From: Dehalococcoidia bacterium | Lineage (GTDB): Bacteria; Chloroflexota; Dehalococcoidia; Lucifugimonadales; UBA1123 | Assembly: GCA_965116415.1 (NCBI GenBank) | Contig: OZ220693.1 | Span: forward strand, 831,076 to 895,075 | Direction of reading: 5' to 3' | DNA length: 64,000 nt | Shown: positions 28,152 through 37,108 of the stretch, in pieces | How positions within the stretch are numbered: the first letter of the stretch is position 1 | Layout of the letters: every line of letters starts with the position of its first letter | Translations under genes and position numbers: made by a program | The notes under the pieces: model-generated | What the model was told of the DNA's origin: nothing | Seen by the model: only the letters and a program-made list of their open reading frames with translations | Database searches by the model: none

Positions 28152-28853
28152 TTGCTTATCTCGTCGATCGATCTGTTTACGAGAGACCCGCTTCTAGGTC
28201 TGATAACGGTCGTCACCCTGTGCGTCTCGCTGATCATCGGGATCACGGTGCACGAGTTCAGTCATGCGTACGTGGCTACGTCACTCGGCGACCGCACGGC
28301 CGTCAACCTGGGGAGACTCTCGCTCAACCCAGTTCGGCACCTGGACCCGTTGGGCAGCGCGCTAATCCTCCTGGCCGGATTCGGCTGGGGAAAGCCAGTT
28401 CCGGTGAGCCCGGCCTATCTGCGAATTGGGCAGCGCGTCGGGATGGCTATGGTATCGCTGGCGGGGCCACTGTCGAACATCATCGCAGCCGCCGTGTTCG
28501 GACTCGCGGTAAGGGCTGACATTGCGGGGCTGCCAGGTTCGGAGTTTACAGTGGGCGGGTTCCAGGGCAGCGCTCTGATCGAATACGCTCTCGAATCTCT
28601 TGTGAGATGGAACCTGGTGCTGGCCGTGTTTAACCTGCTTCCAATCGCCCCGCTCGATGGGTTCAAGGTCGCGCTGGGGGTGCTCCCAAGGGATGCGGCA
28701 AACGCCTATGCGAAGACGGAGAGATACGGCCCGGGAATTCTGTTGATCCTGATCCTGGCCGGGTTCGTTTTCGACATTCCTGTCTTTTCAACTGTGATAT
28801 GGCCGGTAGTGAACCTGTTCGGCGAGATAATCCTAGGTTCGAGCCTTCTGTGA
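28152..28853 (+). CDS. M50-family (site-2 protease-type) membrane metalloprotease
   Basis: 233 aa and polytopic. Contains the HEFSHAY zinc motif in the first TM region and a second motif context NLLPIAPLDG. Confidence 0.85.
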   Translation: MLISSIDLFTRDPLLGLITVVTLCVSLIIGITVHEFSHAYVATSLGDRTAVNLGRLSLNPVRHLDPLGSALILLAGFGWGKPVPVSPAYLRIGQRVGMAMVSLAGPLSNIIAAAVFGLAVRADIAGLPGSEFTVGGFQGSALIEYALESLVRWNLVLAVFNLLPIAPLDGFKVALGVLPRDAANAYAKTERYGPGILLILILAGFVFDIPVFSTVIWPVVNLFGEIILGSSLL

Positions 28854-28903
28854 TAATCTGTTAGCGAAAATGAGCGCTAGCATCGGAACGTTGAGGTGTC
28901 ATC

Positions 28904-29902
28904 TTGGAACGAATAACAATTGTGGGAGTAGGACCGATTGGAGTTTCAATCGGGCAATCCCTGATGAAGCGCAACCTCAGCAACACCGAGGTAGTGATCA
29001 CTTCAGGTGACCGTGCGGTTATGAACGCGGTTTCAAAGATGGACGCGGCTCACAGGTCCATCGGCGGCCTTCGGCAAGCGGTGGAAACCGCACAGCTCGT
29101 GATACTGGACGCGCCGCTCGGCGAGCTCCATGAACTCATGGAAGCCGTTGGCCCATCGATCGAGCCGGGGGCAGTGGTAACAGATACGGCCAGCGTCAAG
29201 GGCCCGGTCATAAAGTGGGCCAGCGAGTACCTGCCGTCAGACGCGAGCTTCGTTGGTGGCCATCCACTGTTGAAAGCGACCCCATACTCCCTCGAAGAGT
29301 CTGACCCAGCTATTTTCAATGGCGCAAGGTACACGGTGACTCCAGCCGAGTCTTCGGACGAGCAGTCGATCAGGACCGTTGTTGGCCTGATCGAGGCCCT
29401 TGGGGCCAAACCTGTGTTCCTGGATCCCGCGGAACATGACTCCTATGCCGCAGCCATGCACCACCTACCGGTGATAATGTCGTCGGCATTCGTCAACTCG
29501 ACTGCAGGCAGTGACGGTTGGCGCGAGATGCACATGCTCGCGGAGTCGCAGTTCGAGGTGTTTGGAAGACACGCCTCGAATGATCCGTTGGACAACGAGG
29601 CAATGTCCCTGGCCGACCCGGACGCGCTGGCACACTGGATAGACCAGCTAATCCTCGAGCTGTACGCGTTCAGAAACGAGATCAAGGACGGCAGCGAAGA
29701 ACTCATCGAGCGGTTCGTGAGCGCATGGGAGCACAGAGCGAAGTGGGAGGCAGACGCTGTCGTCCCACAGGATGGCGTGCGCATTCCCAGCGCGGGAGAG
29801 TCCATAGCCAGCGCGATGCTGGGAGAAAAGCTCGCCCAGAGACTTGGCGCGCTTCGACAGAAAGAAGAAGAGCAGGACACCAGGTACAGATCCAGGAGAT
29901 AA
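28904..29902 (+). CDS. tyrA: prephenate dehydrogenase
   Basis: 332 aa with a TTG start. N-terminal IVGVGPIGVSIG dinucleotide fold and GGHPL motif. Adjacent to aroA. Confidence 0.85.
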   Translation: MERITIVGVGPIGVSIGQSLMKRNLSNTEVVITSGDRAVMNAVSKMDAAHRSIGGLRQAVETAQLVILDAPLGELHELMEAVGPSIEPGAVVTDTASVKGPVIKWASEYLPSDASFVGGHPLLKATPYSLEESDPAIFNGARYTVTPAESSDEQSIRTVVGLIEALGAKPVFLDPAEHDSYAAAMHHLPVIMSSAFVNSTAGSDGWREMHMLAESQFEVFGRHASNDPLDNEAMSLADPDALAHWIDQLILELYAFRNEIKDGSEELIERFVSAWEHRAKWEADAVVPQDGVRIPSAGESIASAMLGEKLAQRLGALRQKEEEQDTRYRSRR

Positions 29903-29907
29903 ATTCA

Positions 29908-31212
29908 GTGAACCGTACAGTCCAGCACAGCCCGCGTTTGGAAGGGACGGTAGTCCCGCCGGGCGATAAGTCCATCTCGCACCGGGCGGCGCTGTTGAAC
30001 GCTATCTCTGATGGCGACGCGGTGGTCTCAAATTTCTGCGTCGGCGACGACCGGACTTCTATGCTCGGATGTCTGAGCGGCCTCGGCGTAGAGATCGAGC
30101 GCGATGCCGAGGAAGGCGCTTCTGCCGATAAGGAATACTTCAACATCTCAGGCCGGGGCAAGTTCGGGCTTCGCGAGCCGGAAAACATCCTCTTCTCCGG
30201 GAACAGCGGCACTACGATGCGACTGGTCTCAGGGTTGCTCGCGGCACAGCGTTTCTTCAGCGTCATCACTGGGGACTCGTCCCTGAGGCGCCGACCCATG
30301 AAGCGAATCCTGACACCGCTCTCCATGATGGGAGCCGGGGTTATGGGCCGGGACGGAGGCTCGCTTGCGCCGCTGGCTTTCAGCGGTGGTGAACTCCAAG
30401 GCATCGAATACGATCTGCCTGTGGCCAGTGCCCAGCTTAAATCGTGCATTCTAATTGCTGGTCTATACGCGCAGGGCGAGACCACGGTAGTCTCGCCAGC
30501 AGAGTCCCGCGACCACACGGAACGGATGATGGCGGCCATGGGTGCAGACATCGAAAAAGACGGACTTCGAGTGACGGTGAGGCCGTCAGAGTTGAAGTCG
30601 ATCGATATCCAGGTGCCAGCGGACATAAGCGGCGCCGCCTTCTGGCTTGTAGCCGGTGCGGCCCATCCGAATGCGCGCATCACCGTCAAGGGTGTTGGGA
30701 TCAATCCCTCCCGCACCGGAGTGCTCGATGTTCTCGCCGAGATGGGCGCGAACATCCGAATGGAGAACGTCCGCGAGGACGGCAACGAACCGGCAGCGGA
30801 CCTCGTCGTCGAATCCAGCGATTTGAAGGGCATCGAGATTGGCGGCGAGATCATTCCGCGGGTCATCGACGAGCTACCCGTGCTGGCGATGGCTGCCTCG
30901 CAGGCGTCGGGGCGAACGATCATCAGGGACGCCACGGAACTGCGGGTCAAGGAATCGGACCGGATCTCGGCAACTGTGGACGGCTTGCACGCGCTGGGAG
31001 CCAGGATCGTTGAGACCGACGACGGCATGATCATAGAGGGTGGATCAAAGCTCTCGGGCGCGGAAGTCATTAGCCACGGTGACCATCGAATTGCCATGTC
31101 CATGGCTGTGGCAGGGTTGGTCGCAGAGGGTGAGACACGCATTGGCGACTCGGAGGCCGCGGATGTCTCCTACCCGTCCTTCTGGGAGACGCTGGATGGG
31201 CTGAGGTCCTGA
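29908..31212 (+). CDS. aroA: 3-phosphoshikimate 1-carboxyvinyltransferase (EPSP synthase)
   Basis: I placed the start at the GTG at 29908 (AGGAG upstream), 6 nt after the tyrA stop. Contains PPGDKSISHRAALL, GNSGTTMRL and LRVKESDR motifs. The ORF-track start at 29725 lies inside tyrA. Confidence 0.93.
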   Translation: MNRTVQHSPRLEGTVVPPGDKSISHRAALLNAISDGDAVVSNFCVGDDRTSMLGCLSGLGVEIERDAEEGASADKEYFNISGRGKFGLREPENILFSGNSGTTMRLVSGLLAAQRFFSVITGDSSLRRRPMKRILTPLSMMGAGVMGRDGGSLAPLAFSGGELQGIEYDLPVASAQLKSCILIAGLYAQGETTVVSPAESRDHTERMMAAMGADIEKDGLRVTVRPSELKSIDIQVPADISGAAFWLVAGAAHPNARITVKGVGINPSRTGVLDVLAEMGANIRMENVREDGNEPAADLVVESSDLKGIEIGGEIIPRVIDELPVLAMAASQASGRTIIRDATELRVKESDRISATVDGLHALGARIVETDDGMIIEGGSKLSGAEVISHGDHRIAMSMAVAGLVAEGETRIGDSEAADVSYPSFWETLDGLRS

Positions 31213-31219
31213 CGCACGG

Positions 31220-31813
31220 GTGAACCGTCAGTCAGTGGACAGCGAATCAAGCGGCCGCCTGTTCGTGCTGTCCGGCCCGTCCGGAGTCGGTAAGGACGCC
31301 GTGCTCTCCAGGATGAAGCGGCGACGCATGGACTTCCACTTCACTATTACGGCGACGACCCGTGCAAAGAGGCAGGGCGAGCGCAATGGTGTTGACTATA
31401 TCTTCATGGCGCGCGACGACTTTCAGCGCATGATAGATGAGGACGGCCTGCTGGAGTGGGCCGAAGTGTACGGGAACCTGTACGGCGTGCCAAAGTCGCA
31501 GGTAGCTGAGGCCCTGGAACGCGGGAGCAATGTACTAGTGAAGGTGGACGTGCAGGGAGCCGCAACAGTGAAGAGACTCTATCCTGACTCGGTGCTGATA
31601 TTCCTCGAGCCGCCAAGTATGGACTCACTCGACAGACGTCTCATGGAGCGCGGTACGGAACAGGGTGAAGAGCTCAGGATCAAACTGGAGACGGCTCGTG
31701 AGGAGATGAAGGCGGCCGACTGGTTCGACTACAAGGTCGTCAACCATGACGGTAAGCTCGACGAAGCCGTCTCTGAAATAGACCGGATTGTAAGTAGAGA
31801 GACTATGCCCTAA
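31220..31813 (+). CDS. gmk: guanylate kinase
   Basis: 197 aa. Contains LFVLSGPSGVGKDAV (P-loop), TTR..R.GE..G.DY.F. Confidence 0.92.
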   Translation: MNRQSVDSESSGRLFVLSGPSGVGKDAVLSRMKRRRMDFHFTITATTRAKRQGERNGVDYIFMARDDFQRMIDEDGLLEWAEVYGNLYGVPKSQVAEALERGSNVLVKVDVQGAATVKRLYPDSVLIFLEPPSMDSLDRRLMERGTEQGEELRIKLETAREEMKAADWFDYKVVNHDGKLDEAVSEIDRIVSRETMP

Positions 31814-31858
31814 GGCAACCACTAGAGGGCGCGCTACCAGGAACAAGGGGGAATTCGG

Positions 31859-33055
31859 ATGGACCAGGCGCTATCCAACGTCAAAGTACTGGACCTCACT
31901 CACGTTCAGGCCGGTCCTTCCTGCGCCCAGATGTTGGGCTTCCTGGGCGCGGACGTCATCAAGGTCGAAGACACGAGGGGCGGTGACAGCACACGCACCG
32001 ACCTTGCGCATCGTGAAGACTCCGACAGCGTCTACTTCCTGATATTCAACAACAACAAGCGAGCGGTGACACTCGACCTCAAGACGGACCGGGGCAAGGA
32101 GCTGTTCGTCCGGCTGGCCCAGTGGGCTGACGTGCTGGTCGAGAACTTCTCGCCAGGAATGCTGGACAGGCTTGGCCTAGGCTGGGACGTGCTTCACCGG
32201 CTGAACCCCAGACTGATCTACGCGACAATTAAGGGCTTCGGCACCTACGGCCCGTACGCCGACTACAAGGGCTACGAGTTTGTCGCGCAGGCCGTTGGCG
32301 GAGCGATGGCGACGACCGGATATGAAGACAGACCTCCGGTGATGGTCACTCCCGGAGTAGGCGATTCCGGGAGCGGGCTGCACGCTGCCATCGGCATCCT
32401 TGCCGCGCTCCACAAGCGGGAGCGCACGGGCGTCGGCCAGATGGTCGAGGTCTCCATGCAGGACTCGGTTGTGAACCTGATGCGGATGTTCCTCACCAGG
32501 ACGCTTGGACACGGCATCGACCACAAGCGACAGGGGCATAGTGGGATGCGAGGCCTGCCAATGGTGTTCCCATGTGCGCCGGGCGGTCCAAACGACTACG
32601 TAATGATCCACCCACGCGGTGACGGCTGGGACCTGATGCTGGCCGCAATGGACAGGTCTGACCTCATCGGCGATCCACGTTTCGACGACGAAGAGGAACG
32701 GGTGAAGAACAGCGAGGAAGCGGAGCGGGTGATCACCGAGTGGACCTCGAAGCGTACCAAGTGGGAGGCCATGGAGACACTGGCGGGATCGGGCGTACTC
32801 GCTGGTGCGACGATTGGCGCGGCAGAGGTGCTCGAGAACGAGCACCTGATGGCGAGAGAGATGATCGTCAATGTCGACGACCCAGTTCGGGGCGACTACA
32901 AGATGGTCGGAATTCCGGTAAAGCTCTCAGACGAGGCCAACGAAGTGACCAAGGCTCCCCGGTACTCCGAGCATACGGATGAGGTGCTGCAGACGGTCCT
33001 CGGCTGCTCGTCAGAAGACGTGGAAGAGCTGCGAAAGCAGGGCGTGATTGTCTGA
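31859..33055 (+). CDS. family III (CaiB/BaiF) CoA-transferase, formyl-CoA-transferase-like
   Basis: 398 aa. The N-terminus VKVLDLTHVQAGPSCAQMLGFLGADVIKVE closely resembles the Frc/YfdW N-terminus as I remember it, and GDSGSG is present (catalytic Asp context). Confidence 0.85.
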   Translation: MDQALSNVKVLDLTHVQAGPSCAQMLGFLGADVIKVEDTRGGDSTRTDLAHREDSDSVYFLIFNNNKRAVTLDLKTDRGKELFVRLAQWADVLVENFSPGMLDRLGLGWDVLHRLNPRLIYATIKGFGTYGPYADYKGYEFVAQAVGGAMATTGYEDRPPVMVTPGVGDSGSGLHAAIGILAALHKRERTGVGQMVEVSMQDSVVNLMRMFLTRTLGHGIDHKRQGHSGMRGLPMVFPCAPGGPNDYVMIHPRGDGWDLMLAAMDRSDLIGDPRFDDEEERVKNSEEAERVITEWTSKRTKWEAMETLAGSGVLAGATIGAAEVLENEHLMAREMIVNVDDPVRGDYKMVGIPVKLSDEANEVTKAPRYSEHTDEVLQTVLGCSSEDVEELRKQGVIV

Positions 33056-33139
33056 GAAGGTGTTTACGTAGTCCATGAACAGTCCTTCGACAGGCTCAGG
33101 ACGAACGAAAGACTGGCACTCAAGAAACACTCTTGACGT

Positions 33140-34324
33140 TCAGACGGTGCGTTCCTCTAACCAGTCCAGGTCGAACTCCATACCGAATCCGGGAGCATCG
33201 CTGGGCTTGACGTAGCCGTCCTTGATGGCTGGGGTGCCCGGCAGCAGGACCATCTCTTCCAGGGGTACACCCGGAGGCGCGACGCCCTCGGATCTCTCAC
33301 CCCACGGAATCACTGGCATGGCGTAGGCGAGGTGCTGTCCGTAGGGGTAGTTCATCCCGCCGTGCCCGATGACGGAAACACCGTGAGCCTCGGCGATGTG
33401 GCAGATGCGGATGCTGGCGGTCATGCCTCCGACCCAGGCGATGTCCGGCTGGAGAATGTCCACCAGCCCCTGCCCTGCCGCCAGTGCGAACGGGTGGATG
33501 GTGTACCAGTGCTCGCCGGTGGCGAGCGTCTGTCCCGGTACACGCTGACGGACCTTCATGTAGCTGTCGAGGTCTTCCGGCAGGAGGTAATCTTCGAGCC
33601 ACTTGATCCTGTACGGTTTGAGGGCTTCGACCAGCCGGACGATGTACTCGGTGTTCAGGGACATCCACGAGTCGACTGCAATCTCGACATCCGGGCCGAC
33701 CTGCTCACGTGTGCGTGCGACGAGCTCCTCGTTCTTTCGGAGGCCCTCGAGGTCGGCCTCCGGACCGTGACGGACGAACAGCTTTACGGCCTTGAAGCCC
33801 AGTTCCAGGAACCAGTCGATGTAGTTCTCAGTGCCGTAGGTCAGCATGGTGTTCGAGGCGTAGCAGAAGATGCGGTCTTTGACTGGGCCACCGAGCAGCT
33901 CGTACACCGGCAGGCCAAGCAGTTTGCCCTTCAGGTCCCAGAGGGCGTTGTCGACCGCGCTGATCGCGTAGCTGGTCAGGCCGTGAGTGCCGTACGGAGA
34001 CGACGCCCGGCGCATCAGGTCCCAGTGCTTTTCTACGGACATCGCGTTCTGGCCTTCGAGAAGCGGCGCGAAGTGGTCGTTGATGATGGAGAGCACTGGG
34101 CCGCTGTTCGTCGAGATACCAAGACCCCACGTGCCATCGTCCGCGGTGACAACACATGCCGCTCGGCCCCAACTCTCGCTCCATCCGCGCCCTGGGAATT
34201 CCCCCTCATATCGAGCCATGGGACTGGTGAAGTGTCCCGCATCGGGAATCGGTGGAACTCGCGGTTCGGTGACCATCGGAGGCCTCAGGTTCACGGCAAC
34301 GGCGCGGATGCTCTTGATATTCAA
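33140..34324 (-). CDS. enolase-superfamily enzyme (mandelate racemase/muconate lactonizing family, acid-sugar dehydratase-like)
   Basis: 394 aa. Contains AISAVDNALWDLKGKLLGLPVYELLGG, with length and layout similar to rhamnonate-dehydratase-type members. Confidence 0.8.
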   Translation of the reverse strand: MNIKSIRAVAVNLRPPMVTEPRVPPIPDAGHFTSPMARYEGEFPGRGWSESWGRAACVVTADDGTWGLGISTNSGPVLSIINDHFAPLLEGQNAMSVEKHWDLMRRASSPYGTHGLTSYAISAVDNALWDLKGKLLGLPVYELLGGPVKDRIFCYASNTMLTYGTENYIDWFLELGFKAVKLFVRHGPEADLEGLRKNEELVARTREQVGPDVEIAVDSWMSLNTEYIVRLVEALKPYRIKWLEDYLLPEDLDSYMKVRQRVPGQTLATGEHWYTIHPFALAAGQGLVDILQPDIAWVGGMTASIRICHIAEAHGVSVIGHGGMNYPYGQHLAYAMPVIPWGERSEGVAPPGVPLEEMVLLPGTPAIKDGYVKPSDAPGFGMEFDLDWLEERTV

Positions 34325-34377
34325 CTCTTCCTCCGAATGACTCAGTATTTCGTCAGAGGCTTACTGGCCTGTGCGCT

Positions 34378-35397
34378 CTATGCCGACTGCAGCTCGGAGA
34401 CCATACCCGCCAGCATCTCTTCGTCTTCTCCCGTGGCTGTCGGGATGTCGAAGCTGATGGACGTCGCGTAATCTCCGTGGGCCCTCTTGAGCCTGTCCAC
34501 GATCTCATCGTGAGTGCCGATCACGGCGAACGTCTCGAGCATGTCGTCGGTGATCTGGTTTGGCATCTCTCCCCAACGGTTGTCTACTGACATCCGATAG
34601 AGTCTTGCGGCGGTATCCTCCCAGCCGTGAGTGCTCATAACCGATTCGTAGCTCCTGGTGGACGCGTAGAAGGAAATCTGACCCTTCACACCGGCCTTCT
34701 TGGATTCCACCTCTTCTTCAGTTGCGCCAGTTATGATGAATCCCCCGGCGTTGATTTCGAAGTTGTCCAGGGACCTGCCCGCGCGCTTGGCGCCGATTTC
34801 CAGATTCGGAATGATGACCTCACGGGTGTACTTCGGGGTGCAGAACCCGTGAAGGAGCACGCCGTCGCACACTTCCCCCGCCACCCGAAGCATGTACGGA
34901 TTGACCGCCGAGACGTAGACCTTGACGTCCGGCTTCTCGATCGGACCTGGGTTGAAGAACGGAGGCATGAGGTTGAAGTCGTAGTGGTCGCCGTGGAACC
35001 TTACCGGCTCCTGGGTCTGCCACGCATTCCAGATGTGCCTAAGCGCCTGGATATACTCGCGCATCCTGGGAGCGGGCGCAGACCAGTTCATGCCGAAGCG
35101 ACGGACGATGTGTCCTCGGACCTGGCTACCGAGCCCGAGAGTAAACCTGCCGTTGGACATGGCCTGAAGGTCCCAGCCTATGTATGCGACGTCCATGGGA
35201 CTTCTTGCAAAGGCGAGCGCGATGGACGTGCGCAGGTCAATGCGCTCAGTGTGTTCGGCAGCTATAGACAGTGGCAGAAACGGGTTGTGATTCGTCTCCG
35301 AAGAGGAGTAGGTGTCGAATCCCAAGCGCTCTGCGCGCCGCGCCGACGCCGCGATTTGCTGGGGGGTCCGTCCGTCCAATCTTGATCCGACTTTCAA
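34378..35397 (-). CDS. luciferase-like (LLM-class, probably F420/flavin-dependent) oxidoreductase
   Basis: I placed the start at the TTG at 35397 (GGAGGG upstream), reading LKVGSRLDG... Contains LGFDTYSSSE and GRFTLGLG, typical of the LLM family. The ORF-track N-terminal extension is Cys/Arg/Pro-rich junk. Confidence 0.8.
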   Translation of the reverse strand: MKVGSRLDGRTPQQIAASARRAERLGFDTYSSSETNHNPFLPLSIAAEHTERIDLRTSIALAFARSPMDVAYIGWDLQAMSNGRFTLGLGSQVRGHIVRRFGMNWSAPAPRMREYIQALRHIWNAWQTQEPVRFHGDHYDFNLMPPFFNPGPIEKPDVKVYVSAVNPYMLRVAGEVCDGVLLHGFCTPKYTREVIIPNLEIGAKRAGRSLDNFEINAGGFIITGATEEEVESKKAGVKGQISFYASTRSYESVMSTHGWEDTAARLYRMSVDNRWGEMPNQITDDMLETFAVIGTHDEIVDRLKRAHGDYATSISFDIPTATGEDEEMLAGMVSELQSA

Positions 35398-35588
35398 TTC
35401 AAGCCCTCCGGGTTCAGCTGGTGTCGATTGACGGGCACATGGTAGCAGACAGGTAAATCGGTCGCACAAGGCGAGCCGCGAGGCCTGACTGGGGTTGCAG
35501 CGGGTTGGCAAGTCTGTCGCAGGTTCGATACAACTAGTGGCACACTAGGACCAGATGGAGATTACTGAGCAAACACAAGGAGACTCTC

Positions 35589-36206
35589 ATGGCAGACGAC
35601 ATCGGCCTGTTCGAGGCCATCTACTCACAGCGGGCGATACGCTACTTCACGGACGAGCCAGTCCCTGATGAGCTAATTCACAAGCTGATCGAGGCAGGCA
35701 CCAAGGCCCCCAGCGGTGGCAACAGGCAGGGGTGGAAGTTCCTGGTCATCACCGACCCGGAGACCAAGCAGAAGATCGGTGAATACTACGAGCAGGGTTG
35801 GGAGCACGCCTATGGCTCCGCCAACCCGAATCCGCCGGACATCCAGTCCCACGTGCGAAGGTCGGCAGACCACCTGGCGCGGACGATAGGCCAGGCGCCC
35901 GTCCTTCTGATGGCGTGCATCGAGCATGATGGAGGGCCATCGACGATGGGCCGGGGCGGTTCGATCTTTCCGTCGGTGCAGAACATCCTGCTCACGGCCC
36001 GCGGCCTTGGCCTGGGGAGCTGTCTGACCAGTCTTCACAAGAGGTACGAGGACGAGATCAAAGAACTACTCGGAATACCTGAGAACGTCGAGACGGCTGC
36101 GTTGCTGCCAGTTGGGTTCCCCGCGGACAACAATCGGTATGGTCCGACCCGGCGCCAGCCTGTCGAAGACGTCACCTACCGGGAGAAGTGGGGCGAGGGC
36201 TGGTAG
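35589..36206 (+). CDS. nitroreductase-family protein
   Basis: 205 aa. Contains RRAIRYF-type motif (QRAIRYFTDEPV), APSGGNRQGWKF. Confidence 0.8.
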   Translation: MADDIGLFEAIYSQRAIRYFTDEPVPDELIHKLIEAGTKAPSGGNRQGWKFLVITDPETKQKIGEYYEQGWEHAYGSANPNPPDIQSHVRRSADHLARTIGQAPVLLMACIEHDGGPSTMGRGGSIFPSVQNILLTARGLGLGSCLTSLHKRYEDEIKELLGIPENVETAALLPVGFPADNNRYGPTRRQPVEDVTYREKWGEGW

Positions 36207-36262
36207 TTTGGGCCTCTGCTATACTCTGCACGGTCTGAGGCAACCACATCGAGGAGATACTC

Positions 36263-37063
36263 ATGTCATACGAGTTCATTACCTATGAGCAGAAGGGCCG
36301 GATCACCTATGTGACCATCAATCGGCCCGAGAGACTTAACGCACTTCATCCGCCGGCAAACGCGGAGCTTCACGACGCGTTCACCAGGTTCAACGATGAC
36401 CCCGACGCGTGGGTCGCCATCCTGACCGGCACAGGTGAGAGGGCGTTCAGCGCCGGCAACGATCTCCGCTACACAGCTGAGCGGGACCAGGGCCAGCACG
36501 GCGACCAAGACCCGAACGTCCGGTACGCCCGTGCGCCTTTCGGCGGCATCACCTCGAACTTCGAGTGCTGGAAGCCGATGATTGCGGCAGTGAACGGGTA
36601 CGCGCTTGGAGGCGGACTTGAGACCGCGATGGCCTGCGACATCATCATCGCAGCCGACCACGCCGAGGTCGGTCTGCCAGAGCCTCGCGTCGGGCTGTAC
36701 GCTGGAGCCGGTGGAGTGTTCCGACTCCCTCGCTTCATCCCTACCAAGATCGCCATGGGAATGATGCTGACTGCGCGACGCATCAGCGCCCAGGAGGCAT
36801 ATCGGCTCGGACTGGTCAACGAGGTAGTACCCCTGGCTGACCTGATGCCCACCGCAGAGAGATGGGCAAACGAGATACTGGAGTGCGCTCCTCTGTCTGT
36901 GAGGGCCAGTAAGCAGATGGGATACATGGGTCTGGACTGGCCTCTCGACGTGGCAATGTCACGCAATTACAGCGAGGCGCAGAAGCACAACTCATCGGCA
37001 GACCGGATCGAGGGTCCTCGCGCTTTCTCTGAGAAGCGAAAGCCAAACTGGACAGCGTCCTAG
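36263..37063 (+). CDS. enoyl-CoA hydratase/isomerase (crotonase) family protein
   Basis: 266 aa. Contains ITYVTINRPERLNAL ... FSAGNDL ... AAVNGYALGGGLE. Confidence 0.88.
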   Translation: MSYEFITYEQKGRITYVTINRPERLNALHPPANAELHDAFTRFNDDPDAWVAILTGTGERAFSAGNDLRYTAERDQGQHGDQDPNVRYARAPFGGITSNFECWKPMIAAVNGYALGGGLETAMACDIIIAADHAEVGLPEPRVGLYAGAGGVFRLPRFIPTKIAMGMMLTARRISAQEAYRLGLVNEVVPLADLMPTAERWANEILECAPLSVRASKQMGYMGLDWPLDVAMSRNYSEAQKHNSSADRIEGPRAFSEKRKPNWTAS

Positions 37064-37108
37064 ACCTTCGGTCGAAACTCGCAGTAACAGGCGATTAAAG
37101 GAAACGGA

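Noticed and set aside
29703-31142. 479-aa ORF on the minus strand
   Set aside because: It is entirely antisense to aroA, which has unmistakable EPSP-synthase motifs. Its translation is Ser/Pro/Arg/Ala-rich low-complexity sequence typical of shadow frames in GC-rich DNA.
33332-34471. 379-aa ORF on the plus strand
   Set aside because: It is antisense to the enolase-superfamily gene and to the end of the LLM gene. I see no motifs, and Arg/Val/Asp-rich shadow composition.
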